This document shows, piece by piece, positions 1 through 9,641 of a stretch of DNA of 64,000 nt. The notes below the pieces were generated by a model, which was given only the letters and a program-made list of their open reading frames with translations, made no database searches and was not told the DNA's origin. Position 1 is the first letter of the stretch, and every line of letters begins with the position of its first letter. The position numbers and the translations under genes were made by a program. This stretch comes from an uncultured delta proteobacterium (GTDB taxonomy: Bacteria; Desulfobacterota; Binatia; Binatales; Binataceae): positions 1,376,001 to 1,440,000 of the forward strand of contig CAVRVY010000003.1 in the NCBI GenBank assembly GCA_963724765.1, read 5' to 3'.

Positions 1-320
1 CCCACCCCGAAAACCTCCTCGCTTGATGGCCATCGCGCCCGCGCCTCGCGCTTGAGAGCCTGGCCACGGCTGTGCCGAAGTGCAACAGCTGTTGCGATAA
101 CGACCCTGCGGACGTCTCATTCGCGACCCGGAGTTCCACTTCCGGATTCGGATCCAAAGCGAGCGTCCGACGATGTTTGTCCTTGATAGCTAGCCAAAAG
201 GAACTTATAGCTAACTTTCTCAATGATTTCGCCAGCGCCCCCCGCTCATGCCGAATGGAACGGCGCCTCGTGAAAATGAACGTAGATACGTCAAGCGCAG
301 GACTATAGTCACGCGCGCGG

Positions 321-336
321 TGGCACGGCAATTGTA
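321..336 (+). promoter_or_regulatory. Possible sigma54 -24/-12 promoter upstream of the receiver-domain gene
   Basis: TGGCAC-GGCAA-TTGTA matches TGGCAC-N5-TTGC except for C to T at -12. Confidence 0.35.
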
Positions 337-431
337 TTAAGAGCGTGTAACGCGGAGCGTGCCCGCGCGTTGCGGCCCTGAGTCGCGTTACTTCTGCCGC
401 GATTAATGTATAGTGCTGGATGCGAGGCCGT

Positions 432-887
432 ATGGATACCAATGAACAAGCGCCGCCGGAGTTTGGCGTTCGGGTTTTTCTGGTCGAGGACAACCCCGAA
501 CACTCCTTCATCGCGGTAACTGTAATTCGCCAGGTGCTTGGCGATGCGAGCGAAGTTATCGTGGCCGAAAACGCCGACGAAGCGGTCGAACTGATCCAAC
601 AGTTCACCGATACCGATCGGCCCGACCTGATGCTGGTCGATCTGCGTCTGCCCGACAATGGTGGCTTCGCCGTGCTGTCGGCGGCGCGCGCGCACGACCC
701 ATGCTCGCACGTGCCGATGTTCGTGATCACCAGCTCACTTTACGATCTCGACATCGCGCAGAGTTACGAGCTGGGCGCTTCGGCAGTGCTGTGCAAGCCG
801 CTCTCACGCGCGATCCTCAAGGAGGAACTCGCGCGCATCGGCGTGATTCCCGGCAAGCCGTCGGGCTCGGCGCCAGCGTCGTCCTGA
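432..887 (+). CDS. Single-domain response regulator (CheY/Rcp-like receiver)
   Basis: VFLVEDN acidic pocket, MLVDLRLP phospho-Asp, VITSS, VLCKP. Alternative start at 420. Confidence 0.9.
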   Translation: MDTNEQAPPEFGVRVFLVEDNPEHSFIAVTVIRQVLGDASEVIVAENADEAVELIQQFTDTDRPDLMLVDLRLPDNGGFAVLSAARAHDPCSHVPMFVITSSLYDLDIAQSYELGASAVLCKPLSRAILKEELARIGVIPGKPSGSAPASS

Positions 888-1081
888 AACCTCCTCCAGT
901 TCCTCGCCAGCGACGCCGGCCGGCGTGCGGATGACGCCCCGCCGCGTTTGGCCCCGGCGCTGCATCTTTACAATTCCGGCCAGCTCTGATTCCACCGCCG
1001 CGCCCGCCAACCGGCCGGCTTCGCGATACCAACGTCCTTACGCGTACTTGATTGAAAGGCGCGGGTTGAAAGAGCGTGGCG

Positions 1082-1138
1082 TTGACAATTACTGCCATCC
1101 GTTGTAGTTAACCATCAGGTTATTTAACCGTATGGTTC
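1082..1138 (+). promoter_or_regulatory. Promoter -35 and tandem inverted-repeat operators, probably ArsR autoregulation
   Basis: TTGACA at 1082-1087. TAACC-ATCA-GGTTA at 1109-1122. TAACC-GTAT-GGTTC at 1125-1138, overlapping the ATG at 1132. Confidence 0.65.
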
Positions 1139-1515
1139 ACCATCAGCCAGAGTCCTACCGCTTGAGCGCGACCTTCGCCGCCCTCTCTGACCCCACCCGG
1201 CGCGCGATCTTGGCGCGCCTTGCCTCAGGCAAGACCTCGGTGACCGAATTGGCCGAGCCGTTCGAGATGAGCCTTCCCGCCATTTCCAAGCATCTCAAGG
1301 TGCTCGAGCGCGCCGGTCTCGTCGCGCGCGGCCGCGAGGCGCAGTGGCGGCCCTGCCGGCTCGAGGCGGGTCCGCTCAAGGGCGCCGCAGATTTTCTGGA
1401 GCGCTATCGCCGTTTCTGGGAACAGAGCTTCGATCGGTTGGACGACTATCTGCGCGAGCTGCAAACACCGAAGTTGCAAATGAAGGAGAAGAAAAAAAAT
1501 GGCCGCAAGAAATAG
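1132..1515 (+). CDS. ArsR/SmtB-family transcriptional regulator
   Basis: FAALSDPTRRAIL...SLPAISKHLKVLERAGLV winged-HTH signature. Confidence 0.93.
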   Translation: MVHHQPESYRLSATFAALSDPTRRAILARLASGKTSVTELAEPFEMSLPAISKHLKVLERAGLVARGREAQWRPCRLEAGPLKGAADFLERYRRFWEQSFDRLDDYLRELQTPKLQMKEKKKNGRKK

Positions 1516-1969
1516 CGCCGCCGCGCAGTCGGCGGAGCGGGAACTCGTGATCGAGCGCATCTTCGATGCGCCGCGCAGTCTCGTCTTCAAGGCCTGGACC
1601 GAGTCCGACCGCCTGGTGCGCTGGTGGGGTCCGCAAGGCTTCACGATGCCTTCATGCAAGATGGATGTACGCCCGGGCGGTGAATTTCGCTTCTGCATGC
1701 GCTCGCCCGAGGGCACCGACCATTGGTTGCAAGGTGTCTATAGGGACGTCGTGGAGCCGGAACGGCTCGCGTGCACTTGGGCGTGGTTCGACGCGGACGG
1801 TAAGCCCGGCCACGAAACGATCCTGACGGCAACCTTCGACGAAGCGGGGAGTAAGACCAAGGTCACCGTGCATCAGGCGGTCTTCGAGTCGGACACGGCG
1901 CGCGACGCGCATCAGAGCGGCTGGACCAGCGGTCTGCAGTGCCTCGCCGAATACCTGGCGACGGTCTGA
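1499..1969 (+). CDS. SRPBCC (AHSA1/START-like) domain protein
   Basis: ERIFDAPRSLVFKAWT..RWWGP..DVRPGG; overlaps the ArsR gene, a common pairing. Confidence 0.9.
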   Translation: MAARNSAAAQSAERELVIERIFDAPRSLVFKAWTESDRLVRWWGPQGFTMPSCKMDVRPGGEFRFCMRSPEGTDHWLQGVYRDVVEPERLACTWAWFDADGKPGHETILTATFDEAGSKTKVTVHQAVFESDTARDAHQSGWTSGLQCLAEYLATV

Positions 1970-2005
1970 CGGAATTAACGCGGCGCGGGTAAGAAAGGAC
2001 GCACC

Positions 2006-2905
2006 ATGGAAAATCCGCAGGAATACTATCGGCACCATGGACCGATGACCTCGATGAACGCGAACGCGGCGGAGTTCAGCGCGCTCCCCACAGACCTCGC
2101 GGCGCTATGCGAAGTCATACAGGGGCTGTTGATTCATCGCGACATGGCGAATTTCGCTTACGGCGTGGCGCTTTCTGACGCGCGAAAAAATGACGCGCAT
2201 ATACGTCCGGTGGGGGACGTGCTCGCGCGGATTCGCGCGCTGGAGGATCGTCCTCTGACTGTCGCGCGCGAGCCGAGCAACCGGATGGCCGGCGTCTGTC
2301 GTCATTTTTCGCTGATGCTGTGTGCAATCCTTCGCGGGCAGGGCGTTGCGGCCCGTGCGCGATGCGGCTTTGGCGCGTACTTCACATCGGGCAAGTTCGA
2401 AGACCATTGGGTATGCGAGTACTGGAACGCCGGCCAGGCGCGCTGGACATTGGTGGACGCGCAACTGGATGCGGTCCAGCGAAAAATTTTTCATCCGGAT
2501 TTCGATCCGCTCGATGTCCCGCGCGATCGCTTCATCATTGCCGGTGACGCATGGCAGCTATGCCGGGCCGGCCGCGCCTACGCAGATCGCTTCGGTCTAT
2601 CCCAGGTGCCCGGGTTGAGCGGGATGTGGTTCATTGCCGGCAACGTGCTGCGCGACCTCGCGTCGCTAAATCGAATGGAATTGCTGCCCTGGGACGTTTG
2701 GGGATTGATGCAGATGAACGACGCGGGGATGCTCGAGGGCGAGAAGGGCGCGCTGCTCGATCGGGTCGCCGCCCTGACGCTCGCGGGAGACGGCGCGCTC
2801 CCCGAAGTTCGCGCGATCTACCAGGACGATCGCTTGCGCGTGCCACCGTTCGTTTACAACGCGCTGCGCAACGCCCCCGAAGCGATCGAGCCTCCGCCCT
2901 CGTAG
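2006..2905 (+). CDS. Transglutaminase-like domain protein
   Basis: Cys-His-Asp triad motifs GVCRHF, EDHWVCEYW and WTLVDAQ; SD-like GAAAGGA upstream. Confidence 0.85.
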   Translation: MENPQEYYRHHGPMTSMNANAAEFSALPTDLAALCEVIQGLLIHRDMANFAYGVALSDARKNDAHIRPVGDVLARIRALEDRPLTVAREPSNRMAGVCRHFSLMLCAILRGQGVAARARCGFGAYFTSGKFEDHWVCEYWNAGQARWTLVDAQLDAVQRKIFHPDFDPLDVPRDRFIIAGDAWQLCRAGRAYADRFGLSQVPGLSGMWFIAGNVLRDLASLNRMELLPWDVWGLMQMNDAGMLEGEKGALLDRVAALTLAGDGALPEVRAIYQDDRLRVPPFVYNALRNAPEAIEPPPS

Positions 2906-2978
2906 CAGCTACCGAAGGATTGCACATGCGCATTTCTGATTTTTTAGTCAGCAACCAACCAGAAGAGCACGCTGTGAG

Positions 2979-3094
2979 TTGAATCCTTATCTCCTATTCA
3001 ACGGCGTTTTGGCATGTTCGTAGATCAATTCGGCACTCCCTGGATGATCAACTGCGAGAAAGCCGCCTTACTCCTCGACCCGGATAGGAATTAA
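2979..3094 (+). pseudogene. Internally deleted PhnB-like VOC/glyoxalase gene remnant
   Basis: 2979-3005 encodes LNPYLLFNG (PhnB-type N-terminus). It is joined out of frame to RFGMFVDQFGTPWMINCEKAA (PhnB-type C-terminus). No ATG remains. Confidence 0.7.
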
Positions 3095-3203
3095 CGTAAC
3101 GCTACTGATGAAAAGACCATGAAGCCGAATCGAGCACGGTGGTAAGACGAAAGTTGCCGAATACGTGGCGAACGCTTGATGAATCAGAAGCTCGAAGGAG
3201 CGG

Positions 3204-4127
3204 TCAGAAAATCGCCACCGGATTTACCGGCGAGGCGGTGCCGCGCTCCAGGATGAGCGGCAACATCGTGAACATGAATTCGTAACGCGCGAGGCGTGCG
3301 CAGGCGGCGCCCAGCGCGTCGAGGTCGGCGTTGTCGATCAGATGCACGCCCATCGCCACTAGCATCCCGACGTGGATCGGGAAAATCAGCTCGTTACCGT
3401 AGCCGGTCGGGAGCACGTCGCTGACGCCGTCGCATCCCAACACCGCGATCCGTCGCTCGTGGAGCCACGGCAGGCAGCTCGGATCGAGACCCGCCATCCC
3501 CTCGCTGCGGCTATCCCACGCGCCGAGCTTTTTCTGCCGCGCCATCCGCCCGGTCCGCACCAGCAGCACGTCGCCTTCCTCGACGCGCACGCGATGCGCG
3601 CGTTCGGCGGCGTCGAGGTCCTCGGGAAAGACGCGCTCGCCAGGCTCCATCCACTCGACGTTCTTAAGGTGCGCGATGTCGAGCAATACACCGCGGCTCA
3701 CGATGCCTTCGCGCGCCACGTCGATCCCGCACTTGCGCGTGCCCCAGCGTCCGACCTCGCTGGAGCTGAAGCCGTTGTACATCTTGCGCTCCCAGAACAC
3801 GTGGCAGAGCGCGTCGAGATGGGTGAACGCCATCCCGTGCGGCGCGATCGCAAAGTAGTCCAGCGCGGCGGCCAGGCCGGGGCCCGAGTAGAGCATCACG
3901 TGCGTGACCGGCGTGGGATTGTCAGGTCCCGACGTGGTCGCTAGCGGCAAAGCCATCGAGACCGTCTCGCCGCTTTGCACCAGGCGGCCGGCGGCGGCGC
4001 GCTTTTGCGGCGTGATGAAGTTGAGCGCGCCGCGCTCATCGTCCTTGCCCCAGCGGCCCCAGTTGCTGAGCTTCTCGAACAGCCCTTTCACTTCGGCGGC
4101 GCTTAGCCTGGGTGTGGTGGTGCCCAT
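3204..4127 (-). CDS. Cyclase-family (kynurenine formamidase-like) metal-dependent hydrolase
   Basis: NWGRWGKDDERGALN, HGMAFTHLDALCH, GDVLLVRTG, GTASPVNPVAIF. Confidence 0.9.
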   Translation of the reverse strand: MGTTTPRLSAAEVKGLFEKLSNWGRWGKDDERGALNFITPQKRAAAGRLVQSGETVSMALPLATTSGPDNPTPVTHVMLYSGPGLAAALDYFAIAPHGMAFTHLDALCHVFWERKMYNGFSSSEVGRWGTRKCGIDVAREGIVSRGVLLDIAHLKNVEWMEPGERVFPEDLDAAERAHRVRVEEGDVLLVRTGRMARQKKLGAWDSRSEGMAGLDPSCLPWLHERRIAVLGCDGVSDVLPTGYGNELIFPIHVGMLVAMGVHLIDNADLDALGAACARLARYEFMFTMLPLILERGTASPVNPVAIF

Positions 4128-4282
4128 CGGCCTCTCCCGTATCGTTTGGTTCGGTTGGCTTAAGCCAGTCCCATAGCACGCGATAGTCGATACCGCCTAG
4201 CCGACGCGCAAGGTGATATGATCCATGGCAACGGCGATAACGCCGCGGGCTCAAGCCCGCAGCGCGCAGGAGTCTCAGAGAA

Positions 4283-5803
4283 TTGGGCAATCGCGATATC
4301 GAAGCGGCGCGGACCTATCACGCGATGACGAAACATTCGTACACCAGCGTGCGGACGGACGCGCATCACCTGGACTGGGACAACCGCCCGATGCCGTACA
4401 AGCTCTACCCCGAGGTGTCGGGCCTCGCACTGCCGCGCGACTTGAGTCTCGCGCGGCTTCCGGCGCTGGAGACGATCGCGGCCCGCGACGCGCCGGATGG
4501 CAGCGACGAACTTACGCTCGAGGCGCTCACGCGAATCCTGTTTTGCGCCGACGGGCTCACGCGGCGCACCAGGATCGGCGGCGAGGACTACCATTTTCGC
4601 GCCGCGCCGTCGGCAGGCGCGCTCTACCCGATCGAGATTTACGCCGCCGTGGCCGAGGCCGGCGAACTGGAGCAGGGGCTCTATCATTTTTCGCCCGCCG
4701 ATTTGCGCCTGCGCGGGCTGCGCCGCGGCGACTGGCGCGGATTGATCGCGCGCGCGGCGGCGGGACGCCCCTCGTTGCGCCACGCGCGCGCGGTGCTCGT
4801 GCTGAGCGCAATTTTCTGGCGTAGCACATGGAAGTATCGCGCACGGGCCTACCGCTACTGCTTCTGGGACGCCGGCACGATGCTCGCCAATCTGCTCGCC
4901 GCCGCGGCGGCCGAGGGGCTTTCCACCGAACTGGTCACCGCTTTTGCCGATCCGGAGATCGAGGCGCTGCTCGGGATCGACGGCGAGCGCGAGGGCGCAC
5001 TCTGCCTGGTCGCGTTGGGTAGTGGCGCCGCCGCGCCCGGCGCCGAGCCGGAATTGCGGCCGCTCGGCCTCGAGACGATTGCGCTCTCGCGCGAGGAGGT
5101 GAGCTACCCGGACCTGGTGCGGATGCATCGGGCGTCCCGGCTGCTCGGTCCCGACGAAGTGGCCGCCGTCGCCGACGCGCGCGTCGATTCGGCGCCGCCG
5201 CCGTCACCATCGGCGAACGCGGTGACGCCCCAAGTCCTTAATGCGAGCGCGGGACTGAGCCTGGGCGAGACGATTCTAAGACGCGGATCGACGCGAGTCT
5301 TCGCGCGCAAGCCGATCACGGCCGAGGAGCTGGCGACCATCATGGCCGCTTCGAGCCGCCATCCGCGAGCCGACTTCCCGCCGCTGAGCGATACCTACTT
5401 AATCGTTAACGCTGCCGACGGGATGGAGCCGGGGGCGTACTACTACCGGCGGCAAAGCGGCGAGTTCGACCTCCTCAAGGCCGGCAATTTCCGGCTTGAG
5501 GCTGGCTACCTCTGTCTGGAACAACCGCTGGGCGCCGACTGCTCGGCGCTGCTCTGCTACATGGCCGACCTCGAGCGCGTGCTCGGCGCGCTGGGCAATC
5601 GCGCCTACCGCGATGCCCATCTGGAGGCTGGATTGCATGGCGGCCGAGCCTACCTGGCAGCCTACGCGTTGGGACGCGGAGCAACCGGACTGACCTTTTA
5701 CGACGACGACGCCACGAACTTCTTTGCGCCGCACGCCGTCGGCAAGAGCCCGCTCCTTATGGTAGCGATCGGCGTGCCGCGCACGTCCGACGACGAAAGC
5801 TAG
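4283..5803 (+). CDS. SagB/ThcOx-family FMN-dependent dehydrogenase (two nitroreductase domains)
   Basis: RAAPSAGALYPIE, WKYRARAYRYCFWDAG; second domain RRGSTRVF...AYRDAHLEAG. TTG start. Confidence 0.88.
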   Translation: MGNRDIEAARTYHAMTKHSYTSVRTDAHHLDWDNRPMPYKLYPEVSGLALPRDLSLARLPALETIAARDAPDGSDELTLEALTRILFCADGLTRRTRIGGEDYHFRAAPSAGALYPIEIYAAVAEAGELEQGLYHFSPADLRLRGLRRGDWRGLIARAAAGRPSLRHARAVLVLSAIFWRSTWKYRARAYRYCFWDAGTMLANLLAAAAAEGLSTELVTAFADPEIEALLGIDGEREGALCLVALGSGAAAPGAEPELRPLGLETIALSREEVSYPDLVRMHRASRLLGPDEVAAVADARVDSAPPPSPSANAVTPQVLNASAGLSLGETILRRGSTRVFARKPITAEELATIMAASSRHPRADFPPLSDTYLIVNAADGMEPGAYYYRRQSGEFDLLKAGNFRLEAGYLCLEQPLGADCSALLCYMADLERVLGALGNRAYRDAHLEAGLHGGRAYLAAYALGRGATGLTFYDDDATNFFAPHAVGKSPLLMVAIGVPRTSDDES

Positions 5804-5829
5804 GCCAGGTCGATTTTTGATTTTTTACG

Positions 5830-5851
5830 CCCCTTCCCTTTAGGGAAGGGG
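5830..5851. repeat. Palindromic hairpin between convergent genes (CCCTCTCCC/GGGAGAGGG-type REP-like element)
   Basis: CCCCTTCCCT-TT-AGGGAAGGGG; similar elements occur at 60240-60388. Confidence 0.6.
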
Positions 5852-5880
5852 ACGAAGGTTAGGTCGGCTCGCCTGGCGCC

Positions 5881-6588
5881 TCAGCCCCGTCTGCGCGACG
5901 CTCGCGCGCGCGCCGCCGGCGCGCGCGCGAGCGTCGCGGCCGTGACGGCGGCCGTTGCCTCGACCGCCGCCGTCATCATCTCCAGCGTCATGCTCGGGGC
6001 CTGGCGATGGCGCACCGCCTGGCGCGCGGCGTACGGCAGGTGGATGAACCCGGCGACGATCTCGGGCCGCGGGGCGAGCGTATGCAGTGTCGCGTACATC
6101 ACCGAGTTGCACACGTACGCGCCGGCGCTCAGCGAGAGCGCCGCCGGGATTCCGCGGCGCTCGAGCGCGCGCAATATCGCGCGCAACGGAAGCCGCGCGA
6201 AAAGCGCGTCCGCGCCGCCGCGCACGACTGGCGTACCCGACAGGCCGCCGTCGCTCTCGCGGCCGGCGCGGCGCTCGACCAGGTTGATTGCGACCTTCTC
6301 CAGCGAAATCGTAGGACGCCCGCCCGCCTGTCCCAGACCGAGCACCGCGCGCGGACGAAATCGTCGGATCGCCGTCGCGATTGCGCGCACCGCGCGCGGC
6401 GTGCTGACCGGCAATTTCACCGCCTTGACGACGAGTCCGCCAATCTCGCGGCCGTCAAGCTGCGCGGCGACTTCCCATGACGGATTGCTGCGCTCGCCGC
6501 CGAACGGCTCGAAGGCGCTCAGCAGCAACACGCCGCGTGCGCGGCCGGCTTGAGCACGCTGCAGGTGCGAGCGCAGCGCGCGCTTCAT
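5881..6588 (-). CDS. pcp: Pyroglutamyl-peptidase I
   Basis: AFEPFGGERSNPSW, LEKVAIN, SAGAYVCN (catalytic Cys), GFIHLP; ATGA overlap with the upstream rhodanese stop. Confidence 0.9.
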   Translation of the reverse strand: MKRALRSHLQRAQAGRARGVLLLSAFEPFGGERSNPSWEVAAQLDGREIGGLVVKAVKLPVSTPRAVRAIATAIRRFRPRAVLGLGQAGGRPTISLEKVAINLVERRAGRESDGGLSGTPVVRGGADALFARLPLRAILRALERRGIPAALSLSAGAYVCNSVMYATLHTLAPRPEIVAGFIHLPYAARQAVRHRQAPSMTLEMMTAAVEATAAVTAATLARAPAARARASRRRG

Positions 6589-7412
6589 TTGCGGCGCGGA
6601 TGCTCGATCGGCAGGTCTTCGCGGTTGCCCCATTCGCCCCATGACCCGATGTAGTTGCGCACGCGATTGAAGCCCGCGAGCCTGAGCGCGTAATACGCAT
6701 TGGCCGAGCGATAGCCGCCCTGGCAGTACGGAACGATCTCGGCCTCCGGACGCAGCCCCAGCCGCTCGAAGGCGGCGCGCAACTCGGAGGGCGGCTTGAA
6801 CGCGCCGCTGGCGGCCACGTTGTTGACCCAGTCCAGATGCACCGCGCCGGGCAACGCACCCGTGCGCCGCGCCCGAACGCGCTCGCCGAAGTATTCCTCG
6901 TCGGTGCGAACGTCGATAATCCGCACGTCGGCGCGGCCGAGTCGCTCGACGAGGTATTCGTTGGAGGCGAAAATCTCCGCGCGCGGCGCCCCCGCAAACG
7001 CGCCTGGCATGACCGGCTCGACGGCGGTCGTCAGTTCCGCGCCCGCCAGTTTCAGCCCGCCGTCGAGGGTGCGTACGCGCCGATGGCCCATGTACTCGGC
7101 GAGCCACGCCGCACGCGCCGCGCGCATCCCGGAGTCGTTCTCGTAAAAGACCAGCGTCTCGTCGCCGGTGATGCCGAGCGCCGAGAAGATCCATTCGAGC
7201 TGCGCGCGAAACTCGTGCATCCCGCGCTCGCTGGTATCGCAGTGATGGAACGGAAACGGATCGAAATGGCGCGCATCTTTCAGATGGCCGGCGCGAAAGT
7301 CGGCCGCCGAGCGCGTATCGACCAGCACCACGCGTCCGTCGGTGCGATGCTCGCCGAGCCAGCGCGCGTCGACCAGGATGTCGTTTTGATCTTCCTGCTC
7401 TCCAGACATCAT
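6585..7412 (-). CDS. Tandem-domain rhodanese / sulfurtransferase
   Basis: GHLKDA, RAARAAW, LDGG, IIDVRT..EY, GALPGAVH, active-site loop YCQGGYRS, YIGSWGEW. Confidence 0.92.
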   Translation of the reverse strand: MMSGEQEDQNDILVDARWLGEHRTDGRVVLVDTRSAADFRAGHLKDARHFDPFPFHHCDTSERGMHEFRAQLEWIFSALGITGDETLVFYENDSGMRAARAAWLAEYMGHRRVRTLDGGLKLAGAELTTAVEPVMPGAFAGAPRAEIFASNEYLVERLGRADVRIIDVRTDEEYFGERVRARRTGALPGAVHLDWVNNVAASGAFKPPSELRAAFERLGLRPEAEIVPYCQGGYRSANAYYALRLAGFNRVRNYIGSWGEWGNREDLPIEHPRRK

Positions 7413-7450
7413 GTGCCTCTCATTATTATGTGGGCGGCGCTATTGGAGCG

Positions 7451-8548
7451 TTACGACGGTTCGCTCTCTTTGGCGGGCGCCGCGCTGCCGACCGCCTCGG
7501 CGATCGAACTAAGCCCGTCGCGCTCCAGCAATTCCAGCAGGCCCTGCTTGATTTGCCGCACCAGGTCCGGCCCCTCGTAAACCAGTCCCGTATACAACTC
7601 GACTAGTGTCGCGCCAGCGCAAATCAGATGGTAAGCGTCCTCGGCGCTGGCCACCCCGCCAACTCCGATTATCGGCATCCTGCCGCCGGTGCGGCGGCGA
7701 ATCTCCGCGACCATCGTGACCGCCCGCTTCCTAAGCGGCGCTCCGCTCAGCCCGCCCTCGTGCACCGTCTGCACGCCGACCGCCTCGCGCGCGGTCGTGG
7801 TGTTGCACGCGACCAATCCGTCTACGCCGGCCGCGGAGACCGCCTCGCACACTGAAGCCAGCACCGGCGAGTTGAGATCGGGCCCCAGCTTCACCAGCAC
7901 GGGCCTGCGCGGAGTGAGCTTGATGGCCTCGGCGAGAATCGGACGCATCAAGGGCGCAAGGCGCGCCGCCGACTGCCAGTCGCGCAGCCCGGGCGTATTC
8001 GGCGAACTGATGTTGATCACGATAAAGTCGGCCATCGCGCCCAGCCGTGCGACCAGCGTTGCGTAATCCGACGCCACGCGTTCCTGCGGCGTGTCCTTGT
8101 TGGGCCCCAGATTGAGCCCGAGCCGGATTTTCAATCTACGACGCCGCAGACGTTGAAGCCGGCGCGCCGCCCTTTCCATCCCTGCGCTCGGGAAGCCCAG
8201 CCGGTTCACCATCGCGCGATGTTCGGGCAGGCGCCACAGGCGCGGGCGCGGATTGCCGGGTTGCGCCAGCGGCGTTATCGTACCCAGCTCAGCGAAGCCG
8301 AAACCCACCGCCTGCCATCCGGCGACCGCGCGAATATCCTTATCCATTCCGGCCGCGAGTCCGATCGGGTTGGAAAACCGGATCCCCCACGGAGTCATGG
8401 CCAGCGCGGGCGGATCGGGCGCCGGCCTGCGCAGCATCGCGAGCGGCCGCATCATCGCGAGCGTCAACCGATGCGCGCGCTCGGGGTCGAGTTGGAAAAG
8501 CAGCGGCCGCACAATGCGGTGGTAGGAGGTTTCGACGGGCGGCGCCAT
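7451..8548 (-). CDS. pyrD: Dihydroorotate dehydrogenase (quinone), class 2
   Basis: LDPERAH, NPIGLAAGMDK, QPGNPRPRL, INISSPNTPGLR, GGLSGAPL. Start trimmed to the ATG at 8548. Confidence 0.95.
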   Translation of the reverse strand: MAPPVETSYHRIVRPLLFQLDPERAHRLTLAMMRPLAMLRRPAPDPPALAMTPWGIRFSNPIGLAAGMDKDIRAVAGWQAVGFGFAELGTITPLAQPGNPRPRLWRLPEHRAMVNRLGFPSAGMERAARRLQRLRRRRLKIRLGLNLGPNKDTPQERVASDYATLVARLGAMADFIVINISSPNTPGLRDWQSAARLAPLMRPILAEAIKLTPRRPVLVKLGPDLNSPVLASVCEAVSAAGVDGLVACNTTTAREAVGVQTVHEGGLSGAPLRKRAVTMVAEIRRRTGGRMPIIGVGGVASAEDAYHLICAGATLVELYTGLVYEGPDLVRQIKQGLLELLERDGLSSIAEAVGSAAPAKESEPS

Positions 8549-8704
8549 GAGCGGGAATCTAGGAGTCTCGGGGCCGCCGCGCAATGGCCGACGCGGAGCT
8601 GTATCAGGCAGCGAACTGTCTGTTGATGGAGTTGATAACGGCGCGCGGCGGCGATTACGTTCATCTCGCCAGTGAAATATAGTAAGGAACGGGATGATGC
8701 AGCG

Positions 8705-9541
8705 ATGACCGTGAACAACAGCCGCGCCGAAATGCAGGTCAAGCTTATCGACTATGCGAGCGATCCGCTGGAGAAGCTCTACGCGGCGTTTCGCACCTGC
8801 TACTCGTCGGATTCCCCGATCGAAGTCTGGGAAAAGATCCGGACCGAGAAGATCAGCCACGAACGCGTGCGCGAGTTCATCGCCGAGCGCCTCAAGACCG
8901 GCCATGCCTCGCCGCTGGAGCAGATCGTGTTCTGGTTCGCGATCGCCGGTGTGTCGCGCTCGCTCTCGCATCAGTTCGTCCGCCATCGCATCGGCATCAG
9001 CTTCGAGCAGCAGAGCCAGCGCTACGTCAAATTAAAGCAGGATCGGCTGGCCTTCGTGATGCCCGATTCGTGGCGCCGCGCCGGCATGGAGGAAGAGTTC
9101 GCCGGATTGCTCGAACGCACGTCGGAACTTTACGCTCGCGCGCTCAAGGCGGGGATTCCCGCCGAGGACGCGCGTTTCGTGCTGCCCAACGCGGCGCCGA
9201 CCAATTTCCACGTGATGGTGAATTTCGCAGAGATGTTACACATCTGCGATCTGCGTCTGTGCGTGCGGGCGCAGTGGGAGATCCGGCGGATGGTGGCGAT
9301 GATGCGGGCTGAGATAAAGCACGTGCTGCCCGAGATCGCCGTATTCCTGCAGCCCAAGTGTGGCGAGAACCGGATGGGCTATTGCGACGAGTCGCTCGAG
9401 GACTGGCAGAAATGTCCGCTGGGCCGCGTGCGCCCGCACAAGGCCGGTCTGTTCGAACTCTACGAACGCCACGGCGCCCGCAAGGCCGAAGCACTCGGCG
9501 AGGCCGAATTCCGCGCGGTCGAAGAGAAGGAACTTCTTTAG
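8705..9541 (+). CDS. thyX: FAD-dependent thymidylate synthase
   Basis: GHASPLE, HQFVRHRIGISFEQQSQRY (ThyX RHRx7S motif), EDARFVLP, AQWEIR. Confidence 0.93.
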   Translation: MTVNNSRAEMQVKLIDYASDPLEKLYAAFRTCYSSDSPIEVWEKIRTEKISHERVREFIAERLKTGHASPLEQIVFWFAIAGVSRSLSHQFVRHRIGISFEQQSQRYVKLKQDRLAFVMPDSWRRAGMEEEFAGLLERTSELYARALKAGIPAEDARFVLPNAAPTNFHVMVNFAEMLHICDLRLCVRAQWEIRRMVAMMRAEIKHVLPEIAVFLQPKCGENRMGYCDESLEDWQKCPLGRVRPHKAGLFELYERHGARKAEALGEAEFRAVEEKELL

Positions 9542-9641
9542 CCGAAGGTTTCGCGCTCGTGCGGCATGGTGCTGACGAATGCGCCTCGGTGGGATCGGCA
9601 ATCGCCAAATATATTCGCAGATATATTTCGCGGATTATTCG

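Noticed and set aside
1-308. ORF 72-308 (+) and a possible minus-strand gene start at 33 (MAIKRGGFRGG)
   Set aside because: The ORF has no motifs and the region looks regulatory; 11 codons are too few to call a gene.
4283-7412. SagB + peptidase + rhodanese as a RiPP (azole/thioamide) cluster
   Set aside because: No YcaO, E1-like protein or precursor peptide; the genes are convergent; stand-alone double-domain SagB genes are common.
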